Shown piece by piece: positions 45,034-52,881 of a stretch of DNA of 64,000 nucleotides. Position 1 is the first letter of the stretch. Every line of letters starts with the position of its first letter. Source of the DNA: Candidatus Flemingiibacterium sp. GTDB lineage: Bacteria; Bacillota; Clostridia; Oscillospirales; CAG-272. The position numbers were made by a program, and so were the translations under genes. Where the stretch lies: the NCBI GenBank assembly GCA_045635785.1, contig JAZTWJ010000107.1:3497-67496 (forward strand), in the 5' to 3' direction. The notes beneath the pieces are model-generated. The model saw only the letters and a program-made list of their open reading frames with translations. It was not told the origin of the DNA and ran no database searches.

Positions 45034-46574
45034 TCATAGCATCAAAGCACCGGAGAGGAGAAACTACCATTTCTGCTTCTATTTTAATTACAGTTAACGG
45101 AGAAAAGCGCACGGTCGAGGCAGGCACGCGGCTTTCGGAGCTATTTTTGACAGAGCTTCCCTGCGGCGCGCACGGCAAATGCGGCAAGTGCAAGGTTCGG
45201 GCAAGCGGCGAACTCTCGCCGCTGACAAGCGCCGAGCAAAAATTGTTGGACGCGAAGGAGATCTCTGACGGCATCCGCCTCGCCTGCTGCACGGACATTC
45301 TCGGCGAATGCACGGTGGAAACAGCGTTCGAAAAAAGCAAGGACGACGCGGTTTTGACGGCAGGCAGAGCCAAGAATATCACGCTGAACGCATCCTTCAA
45401 GCAGATCGGTGCCGCCATAGACATCGGCACGACCACCCTTGCCATCAGACTGCTTTCCCCCTTAGGGGAGATCCTCGCGGAGGGCGGTATGGCAAATCCC
45501 CAAGCATCCTTCGGCGCAGATGTTATTTCCCGCATGGAATCCCATCTGGCGGGCAATGGTGCGGAACTGGCTGATACCATTCGAAGTGCCATCGACCGCA
45601 TGCTTGCGGATCTTTGCAAGGGCATCGGACGGGATCCTTCGGAAATTGACGGGTTGGTCATCACAGGCAATACGGTCATGCTTTATCTGCTCACAAATAC
45701 CACACCCGAGCCACTCTCCCATGCGCCCTTCACGCTCACCCGCGATTTTGGCGAAGCCATGTCTGCCAAGACGCTCGGCTTATCATCTGCCGCGCCTGAC
45801 GCAGAGGTCTATCTTGCCCCCTGCATCTCCGCATTTGTAGGCGGCGATACGATCTGCGCGATCCTTTGCGGCGAGCTTGTCGGCAAGGAAAATGCAATGC
45901 TGGTTGACATCGGCACAAACGGCGAAATGGCGCTTTACTGCAAAAATTCGCTGTACACCTGCTCCACCGCCGCAGGCCCTGCCTTTGAAGGCGTTGGCAT
46001 TTCCATGGGTATGCGCGGCGCACCGGGTGCCATCGACAAGGTTTACTTGACCGAAAACGGCATCTCCGCCCATGTTATCGGCGAAACAAAGCCCGTCGGC
46101 ATCTGCGGAAGCGGCATTGTGGATGCCATGGCAGCACTGCTCGAAAACGGAACGGTGGATGAAACCGGCTTCATTGAGGAAGACGAAGTGATGATTCTGC
46201 CGCCGGTCGCACTCACGGGGCAGGATATTCGCATGATACAGCTTGCAAAGTCTGCCATTTACTCGGGTCTAAAAACGCTGATGCATGCGGCAAATATCGA
46301 CGAGAGTGAGGTCACAACGCTCATGATCGCAGGCGGATTCGGAAGCTATCTGAACACCGTCAGCGCGGGCAGGATCGGCTTGCTTCCGAAATCTTTGGTC
46401 AGCAAGGTTGCCGTTATCGGCAATGCGGCGCTGGGCGGCGCAGAGCTTCTGCTTTTGAACACCGCCATGCGAAAGGATGCCTATGCGCTGGCAAAATCGG
46501 CGCAATCCATTGATTTGGCGAGCGATCCCTATTTCGCAGATACCTACATCGAAGCGATGATGTTTGAAGAATAA
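45030..46574 (+). CDS. corrinoid reductive activase (RACE/RamA-like: [2Fe-2S] ferredoxin domain + ASKHA ATPase)
   Basis: CGAHGKCGKC...LACC ferredoxin-type Cys pattern, then DIGTTT and DIGTNGE ASKHA phosphate motifs. Start uncertain (TTG 45030 or ATT 45069). Confidence 0.85.
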   Translation: MIIASKHRRGETTISASILITVNGEKRTVEAGTRLSELFLTELPCGAHGKCGKCKVRASGELSPLTSAEQKLLDAKEISDGIRLACCTDILGECTVETAFEKSKDDAVLTAGRAKNITLNASFKQIGAAIDIGTTTLAIRLLSPLGEILAEGGMANPQASFGADVISRMESHLAGNGAELADTIRSAIDRMLADLCKGIGRDPSEIDGLVITGNTVMLYLLTNTTPEPLSHAPFTLTRDFGEAMSAKTLGLSSAAPDAEVYLAPCISAFVGGDTICAILCGELVGKENAMLVDIGTNGEMALYCKNSLYTCSTAAGPAFEGVGISMGMRGAPGAIDKVYLTENGISAHVIGETKPVGICGSGIVDAMAALLENGTVDETGFIEEDEVMILPPVALTGQDIRMIQLAKSAIYSGLKTLMHAANIDESEVTTLMIAGGFGSYLNTVSAGRIGLLPKSLVSKVAVIGNAALGGAELLLLNTAMRKDAYALAKSAQSIDLASDPYFADTYIEAMMFEE

Positions 46575-46597
46575 ACTTAAGAATTGTATTCTTTTTT

Positions 46598-46636
46598 TAA
46601 GAAAGCTTTCGCCGATGCGAAAGTCATGGTGATTTT
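46598..46636 (+). promoter_or_regulatory. anti-SD / SD leader hairpin in front of paralogue 5
   Basis: AAGAAAGCTTTCGC-cgat-GCGAAAGtcatggtgattttATG. Confidence 0.45.
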
Positions 46637-47695
46637 ATGATTTCACTTCAAAAAGAGACTCTCGCTCTGCTGGAGGACATTGAAAACCGTATCGACCCCG
46701 AAACCGAGGAAGATTTTCGCAATCAATGGAGGGGCTTCTTATACGGCGAATTCAAAGGCGATCTATTCCACCCCGAACGCAAGAAATTGTCCCCACCCAA
46801 ATACGAGCCTCCCTTTGTTCCCATCAACGATGCCCTTAGCAGTGTTGAGCTGATGCTCAGAGCACAGCTTTCCTCGGTTTCGGTCGCGCTCAATACCCCC
46901 CATCGGAATCTTTGCATGCGCGCGAATTACGGAACGGGTATTATGACATCGCTGTTTGGCGCAGAGATTTTCGTGATGCCCTATGCCACCAATACGCTTC
47001 CGACCACCCGTCCCATCAACGACACTGAATGGATCCGCCGCATGGTGGATAAGGGCGAGCCGAATCTGATGGGTGGCTTTGGTAGCGATGTGTTTGCATT
47101 TGGCGAGCTTTGTGCGGAAGTATTCGAAAAATATCCGCGCATTCGCTCCTATGTATCGGTCTATCACCCCGATTTACAGGGTGCGCTCGATATTTGCGAA
47201 ATGCTGTGGGGAGCCGAAATGTTCTATGCCATGTATGACGAGCCGGAGCTTGTCCATAGTGCCCTGCAGCTTTCCGCCGACACGTTCACATCCTTTATGC
47301 ACAAATGGCATCGAATCTTCCCTCGCAACGATGAGATGAATGTCCATTGGGAGTTTCTCTGCCACCGCGGCTCCATTTTGATACGCGACGACAGCGCGAT
47401 GAATCTCACGCCCGAATTTTACAAGGAATACGCGGCTCCCTATGATGCGCTCCTTTTAGAACGCTTTGGCGGCGGCGCGGTGCATTTCTGCGGACGCGGA
47501 GATCATTATATCGAAACCATGTCCGAAATCCCCTATCTTTACGGCATCAATCTCTCGCAACCCTCATACAACGATATGGAAAAGATCTATCGCAATACCG
47601 TTGACAAGGGTATTCCGATCTTTAATTTGAGTGCGCGTCAAGCAAAAGCGGACATCGGCCGCGAGGGCGGTTTCCATCATCTTGTCAGCATCTGA
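46637..47695 (+). CDS. URO-D/MtaA-like family protein, paralogue 5 (HFCG class, divergent)
   Basis: 352 aa. AVHFCGRGDH. Last gene of the plus-strand operon. Confidence 0.72.
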   Translation: MISLQKETLALLEDIENRIDPETEEDFRNQWRGFLYGEFKGDLFHPERKKLSPPKYEPPFVPINDALSSVELMLRAQLSSVSVALNTPHRNLCMRANYGTGIMTSLFGAEIFVMPYATNTLPTTRPINDTEWIRRMVDKGEPNLMGGFGSDVFAFGELCAEVFEKYPRIRSYVSVYHPDLQGALDICEMLWGAEMFYAMYDEPELVHSALQLSADTFTSFMHKWHRIFPRNDEMNVHWEFLCHRGSILIRDDSAMNLTPEFYKEYAAPYDALLLERFGGGAVHFCGRGDHYIETMSEIPYLYGINLSQPSYNDMEKIYRNTVDKGIPIFNLSARQAKADIGREGGFHHLVSI

Positions 47696-47715
47696 TTCCT
47701 GTTTTAATACAAAAA

Positions 47716-47745
47716 GCCGCACATTCTTCTATGAGAATGTGCGGC
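47716..47745. terminator. bidirectional terminator
   Basis: GCCGCACATTCT-tctatg-AGAATGTGCGGC, flanked by an A-run and a T-rich tail. Confidence 0.75.
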
Positions 47746-47767
47746 GTATTAAATTTTATACGAAATT

Positions 47768-48886
47768 TTATCGTCTTTGCGGACCGCGCATGCAGATCTG
47801 CGCGATCTGCTGCAGACGCTCTATCGCATAGGGAAAGAACGCTTTGTATGCCTCGCAGTGGACATTGATGTCCGGCTTTCCATCCGCAAATGGCTCGCGA
47901 TCCCGTCGGCATCCGCCGCGGCAAATGGGATACCATTGGCATCCGTCACACTGTGCATGAACCGCTGTTGATGGCTCCGTAAACCGCTTCGCCTGCTCCG
48001 AACCTCGCATATCCGCAAAACTGTCGGTGGCAACATTTCCAAGCCTAAATTCATCCAACACATAAAAATCGCAGGGATAAACGCTGCCATCGCCTTCGAT
48101 AACAAAATAGCAGGTGCAAAAGCCGCTCATACCGCAGGCTTCGGGCGGCTGTCCGCAAAGCATACTTACATAGTTGTCAAAGTTTCGCACGCTGACAAAG
48201 TGTCCGCTCATGAAGTCCTGATAATAACAGTCAAAGGTGGTTTTCAAAAACTCCGCGTAACGCTTCCCATCCAACGAATAAAGCTGTTTCTCGCCATCAA
48301 AGCCGTCAATGCAGGGGATAAACTGAATATATCCAAACTTTTTCAGCGCATTGTAAACCTTCTGCGGATGCCTTGCCACCAGATTGTTCACCACACACAA
48401 CACATTGTATTCCACATGATAACGGTCAAACAGCGCGGCGGTTTTCATAATACGGGCATAGGTTCCCTCTCCCGCTCCATCAATGCGCATGCTGTCGTGA
48501 AGCTCGCGGTATCCGTCCACCGACAATCCAACGAGAAAATGATTCTCCGCGAAAAATTTCGCCCATTCTTCATCAATGATATATCCGTTGGTTTGGATGG
48601 CATTGCGAATTTGCAGATGCTTCGTATTATATTTTTTTTGCAGGTCGATGAGCAGGCGGAAATAATCTAAGCCCGCCAGCGTAGGCTCGCCCCCTTGGAA
48701 GGAAAAGCTGCACAAGCCCTCTGCCTCATCAAGCGCGCGTTTGACCATCGTTTCGAGCAAAGCGTGGCTCATGATGCCGTAGGATTTCACCTCCCGATGG
48801 TCGGTAACATCGGCGTAAAAGCAATATTTGCATCGCATGTTACAAAGTGAGGACGCAGGTTTGATGAGCATGGTAATGGGTGGCAT
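47768..48886 (-). CDS. anaerobic sulfatase-maturating enzyme (radical SAM / SPASM)
   Basis: CNMRCKYC radical-SAM cluster motif plus C-terminal SPASM Cys clusters (CGMSGFCTC, CDGCQWYPICRGGC). ATG 48886 has GGGAGAA upstream. Confidence 0.88.
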   Translation of the reverse strand: MPPITMLIKPASSLCNMRCKYCFYADVTDHREVKSYGIMSHALLETMVKRALDEAEGLCSFSFQGGEPTLAGLDYFRLLIDLQKKYNTKHLQIRNAIQTNGYIIDEEWAKFFAENHFLVGLSVDGYRELHDSMRIDGAGEGTYARIMKTAALFDRYHVEYNVLCVVNNLVARHPQKVYNALKKFGYIQFIPCIDGFDGEKQLYSLDGKRYAEFLKTTFDCYYQDFMSGHFVSVRNFDNYVSMLCGQPPEACGMSGFCTCYFVIEGDGSVYPCDFYVLDEFRLGNVATDSFADMRGSEQAKRFTEPSTAVHAQCDGCQWYPICRGGCRRDREPFADGKPDINVHCEAYKAFFPYAIERLQQIAQICMRGPQRR

Positions 48887-48934
48887 AATTTTCTCCCGTA
48901 TATGAAAATAATATTCGCGCTCACGCGCCAAAAT

Positions 48935-50098
48935 CTACTTTGCCAAATACAGCGACATGACGACCGTCAAAATCGCCAGAAATGCAAAATTGATCGCAAG
49001 GAACAGCAGAATGTAAGATTTGGTTCGCGCAGGATAATTTTTTGTGAATTCGCGGAAGGTGATCAGACTCGCCAGCGATGCAATGAGTGTTCCCACGCCG
49101 CCAATATTCACGCCGATCAACAGCGCACGGTAATTCTCTGTAAACTGCGAAAGTAAAATTGCCGACGGAACATTGGATATAAACTGACAGGATAAAATGG
49201 AAGTAATGAGCGTATTGCGTTCAAGAAGCCCCGAAACGAATGCCCGCACCGCCTCAATGCGCGCCATATTGCCGCTGAATACAAAAAAGGCGACAAAGGT
49301 TCCAAGAAGCGGATAATCCACCATTGCCAGCGCCTTTCTATCAAGAAAAAGCAGTGCAGGAACAATTAAAAATCCGAACTGATAGGGAATTCCGCGGAAC
49401 ACAATGGCAATCGCAAACACAAACAACACCGCCAACAGTATCGCCTGTTTTTTAGGCAATGGCGGCGTGTCGTCCGACGGAATTTCAACTTTAACAGACT
49501 TCACAAAGAAACAGCAAAGTGTAATGATCACAATGGAAATCACAAAGGGGAGAGCCATGATTGCCATAAATTCGCCGGTGGGAATGTTGAATTTCGTATA
49601 AAGGTAAAGATTCTGCGGATTGCCGAAGGGTGTGAGCATGCCGCCGAGATTTGCCGCCACATTCTGCAAAATGAAGGTAAGTGCGGTATATTTGGTATGC
49701 CCCGTCACATTGAGGACGAAGTATCCAAGCGGTAAAAAGGTCAGAAGCGCCATGTCATTGGCGATCAGCATGGATCCGATGAAGGTGATATAGACCACCG
49801 CAATGACCGACAGTCGAATGCTGCCGCACCGCCGTACCACTTCCCTTGCGAGAATGTAAAAAAAGTTGATGTTTTTTAGTCCGCAGACCACCGCCAATAC
49901 AGAAAACAGACAAGTTAGTGTCTTGAAGTCGAAATAATGAAGATACGCCGCATCGGGCGGAACGATGCACATGGTGACAAGCGCCGCCACACAGGCGATG
50001 AGAAATACCGCGTTTTTCTTAACAAAAGCAATTATAGGGTTAGCATGCACCGTTTCAGCGGCGCCGATCCGTTTATTTGAAAAGCCAAAAAATCGCAA
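48935..50098 (-). CDS. ArsB/NhaD-superfamily (citrate-transporter-like) anion permease
   Basis: 387 aa, polytopic, with the GGMLTPFGNPQN motif. TTG start with AAGGA 11 nt upstream. Confidence 0.72.
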   Translation of the reverse strand: MRFFGFSNKRIGAAETVHANPIIAFVKKNAVFLIACVAALVTMCIVPPDAAYLHYFDFKTLTCLFSVLAVVCGLKNINFFYILAREVVRRCGSIRLSVIAVVYITFIGSMLIANDMALLTFLPLGYFVLNVTGHTKYTALTFILQNVAANLGGMLTPFGNPQNLYLYTKFNIPTGEFMAIMALPFVISIVIITLCCFFVKSVKVEIPSDDTPPLPKKQAILLAVLFVFAIAIVFRGIPYQFGFLIVPALLFLDRKALAMVDYPLLGTFVAFFVFSGNMARIEAVRAFVSGLLERNTLITSILSCQFISNVPSAILLSQFTENYRALLIGVNIGGVGTLIASLASLITFREFTKNYPARTKSYILLFLAINFAFLAILTVVMSLYLAK

Positions 50099-50249
50099 AA
50101 TTGTTGCCGTCCTTTACTCGCCCACTGCGAAACCATCGACATGTTCATGCTTCGCCGACTTGTCTTTTTCTGCAGAGGCTCATATTGTCGATTTTGTATG
50201 TGGAATGATTGTTGTATATTCGTATAACCAAAAGTTACCGACGTTGTTT

Positions 50250-52484
50250 TTATCGTGTTTCCCTAAGCTGTTTTAACAATGTGATAGCTGCATCCGCATC
50301 CGATTGTGCAAGTCGGCGAAACTTCGCTGCGGTTTCGGCAATTGATGCACGGAGGCCCTCTTGATCGGTCATAATATCGTCTATCTTCTGACGCAGATTA
50401 CCTTCCTTGATGGTGCGAATATCCAGCGTTTTTGCTTCCTGCCCGATATAGGAAAGAAATGCATCAATTTTCGGGTCATAGGAAATGCCTGTCATCGGCA
50501 CACCCATGGCTGCGGCATAAATCAGCGTATGCAGTCTTGTTCCCACCACAAACTCTGCGTCTGCAATCAGACCGCAAAGTTCGGATGCGGAAAGTCCGCT
50601 CACCACAATACCCACGCCGCATTTTTCGCGCAATGTCAACGAGACCGCCATGTCACGGCTTGCATGCATGGGCACGATTATAGGCAACAGCCCATAGTTG
50701 CTTGCCACCAAAGCAAGATCGGCAGCGATCACGTCCACCGTCTTCATGCTTGATTTTTCGCCGAAATTATTGCCATCCTTGACACTGACAATGAAGTATT
50801 TACCGTTAATTTTTTCCCGTGTGCGGATGTGTTCGCACCAGCTCGCGTCGGATGCTCGGATGAGAAAAGCAGGGTCTGCGGTAACATGAAGCGCCGTCCT
50901 ACAACCAATCTCTCGCGCGGTTTTCTCTGAAGATGGCTCACGGAAGCTGACATAATCCGCACTTTCCATGACAGCCACCGCTTTTTCGCGGCCGCTTTTA
51001 GAAACAAGCGGCCCGAGTCCGTTGGCATACAGCATGGTTTTCAATCCGCGTTTTTTTGCCATGCGCAGAATGGTGAGATAATAAAACAGGCTTTTTTTAC
51101 TGGTGCCATCCTGCAGAAGACTGCCGCCGCCCGAAATGAGCAGCTTCGCATGCCGCATTTCAGTGGCGATGGCAAACAGATTGAATCGATGGATAGCACG
51201 GACGCCGACGGCTCGAGTCAGCCTGCGAGGATTCTTTGCCAACACCGTAATGCGCGTATCGGGCTGACGCTCTCTTATGCCGCTCACAATGGCATCAAGC
51301 AGCGAATCATCGCCGATATTGTGAAAGCCATAGTAGCCGGAAATAATGACATCTCCGCGCTTATAATGACGCCGCGGTTTCAGCCTTTCATAAACGGCGA
51401 TATGATCATCCGCCATTTTCGCAACGGAATAGCTTTCCATTACCACTTGTCTGCCAAGTCTGCCGCAGGCTGCGCGAGCATCCTCCGACATATGGAATAT
51501 TTCAAGCAGATCGCGCTCCACGTCCGCCGTTTCGGCAAGACGGGAACCTCTAAAACAGAAGTTGGTGGCACGGGCAAAAGGAAGAATTTCCTCTCTTACC
51601 ACGCCACTATAGCCAAGAGGGCCCACCAGAACCGTGGGGCGTTCGCTGCTCATTGCTTCCAACGCCGCTCGAGAAACGCCCACAAAGGCATCACAGGTCG
51701 CCACAAGCTCCGCAATATCGGTGCGCGGGCCCGTCAGACGTATAACCTCTCGTCCGATGGCGGCATTTGCCTCCGACGCCTTTGCTGAAAGCGCCGCAAA
51801 GGCATTGCCACCGCCAACGATGAGAATTTCCAGATTGGGAATTTCCGCCGCAAGCTTCACCGCCGCTTCGCAAAGAAGCAATGCGGGACGAACGGTGGAA
51901 TCATCGATGCGGCTGACGGACAGCACGCGAAATTTGCCATCCTCCAGCGCAAGCTCTGCCTTCAAAGCTGCATTGTCGATGGATTTATGGAAACGCACCG
52001 TGTCAATGCCATTGATGGTCACTGTGATGGTGTCGTTCGGCACACCATACTTGTCTATTAGATACTGTTTGATATCGCAGCTTACCGCAAACGTATGCTC
52101 GCCCCAATCGGACAGCCTCGCCCACAGCGCGTTTACGGAGAATACAAAATGGGTAGAAGTTACAAAACGAAAGCCCAATTTTTTTGCCAGAATGCCACAT
52201 ACAAAAGCAGGAATGCGCGAATGCGCATGCACAATGTCAAAATTCTCCGCTTTGATGAACGCACCCAGTTTATTAAGACTTTCCATCACCGCAACGGGCT
52301 TTTTGGTATGCAGCGGCACCTTGAAGTGCTTGACGCCCGACTGCTCCAGCGCATTCACATAAACGCCGCCGTTGGATGCAACGGTAACATCATGCCCTCT
52401 CGCCGCCAGCTCTCTTGCCAATTCCACTACATGCGTCTCCGCGCCGCCGATGACCATCCACATATGGCAGATTAGTATTTTCAT
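50250..52484 (-). CDS. fusion protein: GT4 glycosyltransferase + polysaccharide pyruvyl transferase (CsaB-like)
   Basis: 744 aa. N-terminal GT4 part (GGAETHVVELAREL) and C-terminal CsaB-type part (ISGYYGFHNIGDDSLL...LISGGGSLLQD). Confidence 0.82.
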   Translation of the reverse strand: MKILICHMWMVIGGAETHVVELARELAARGHDVTVASNGGVYVNALEQSGVKHFKVPLHTKKPVAVMESLNKLGAFIKAENFDIVHAHSRIPAFVCGILAKKLGFRFVTSTHFVFSVNALWARLSDWGEHTFAVSCDIKQYLIDKYGVPNDTITVTINGIDTVRFHKSIDNAALKAELALEDGKFRVLSVSRIDDSTVRPALLLCEAAVKLAAEIPNLEILIVGGGNAFAALSAKASEANAAIGREVIRLTGPRTDIAELVATCDAFVGVSRAALEAMSSERPTVLVGPLGYSGVVREEILPFARATNFCFRGSRLAETADVERDLLEIFHMSEDARAACGRLGRQVVMESYSVAKMADDHIAVYERLKPRRHYKRGDVIISGYYGFHNIGDDSLLDAIVSGIRERQPDTRITVLAKNPRRLTRAVGVRAIHRFNLFAIATEMRHAKLLISGGGSLLQDGTSKKSLFYYLTILRMAKKRGLKTMLYANGLGPLVSKSGREKAVAVMESADYVSFREPSSEKTAREIGCRTALHVTADPAFLIRASDASWCEHIRTREKINGKYFIVSVKDGNNFGEKSSMKTVDVIAADLALVASNYGLLPIIVPMHASRDMAVSLTLREKCGVGIVVSGLSASELCGLIADAEFVVGTRLHTLIYAAAMGVPMTGISYDPKIDAFLSYIGQEAKTLDIRTIKEGNLRQKIDDIMTDQEGLRASIAETAAKFRRLAQSDADAAITLLKQLRETR

Positions 52485-52582
52485 GGAATACCATGACCTT
52501 CGCCGCAGCGAAAGCCGCCTTTCTCCCCTATTGGGGCTTGGTTTTCATGCAAAAGCATCCGTTTGAAACCGGATCTTCAAAC
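52485..52582 (-). promoter_or_regulatory. structured 5' UTR element (copy B of the conserved three-hairpin leader)
   Basis: Sense: GTTTGAAgatccggTTTCAAACggatGCTTTTGCAtgaaaaccAAGCCCCaataGGGGAGAAAGGcgGCTTTCGCtgcgGCGAAGGtcatggtattccATG. Confidence 0.5.
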
Positions 52583-52643
52583 TTTTTCTATCAGGTCTGA
52601 TTGCAAAATCAGACAGCGATGCCTGTTCGATATTCTACTTTAT

Positions 52644-52672
52644 AGTATACCACATTGTCCCCTATTCGTCAA
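52644..52672 (-). promoter_or_regulatory. sigma-A type promoter for the GT4-CsaB gene
   Basis: TTGACG-17 nt-(TGg)TATACT on the minus strand. Confidence 0.72.
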
Positions 52673-52847
52673 CCGCATACGGGAATTTTCCACACAAAGA
52701 CGGTGAGATAGGCAATCTTACTATACAAAAAACATCTATATGGTTTACGGCGTCAGGGCTCCAATTGCCCCATGCGGTTCAAACCATTATAGATGTTAAA
52801 GAAAGTATTGCACACGATGAGGGATTTGTCAACACCCAAAATAAAAA

Positions 52848-52872
52848 ACCGCTTTCCTCGATGGGAAGCGGT
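52848..52872 (-). terminator. terminator after tRNA-Leu
   Basis: ACCGCTTTCC-tcgat-GGGAAGCGGT, flanked by A- and T-runs. Confidence 0.7.
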
Positions 52873-52881
52873 TTTTTTGAT

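Noticed and set aside
38767-47695. Pyrrolysine (in-frame UAG) or selenocysteine recoding in the methyltransferase genes.
   Set aside because: All six URO-D-like ORFs, the corrinoid protein and the activase are uninterrupted. The gaps between genes are short and contain RBS or hairpin elements. No MttB/MtbB/MtmB-type gene is present.
52485-52640. Assignment of the conserved leader to a known riboswitch class (c-di-AMP/ydaO was considered because two targets are cell-wall genes).
   Set aside because: I could not find the pseudo-symmetric ACGGGGA/CCCG-type cores or any other class consensus I can recall. Without an Rfam scan it has to stay unclassified.
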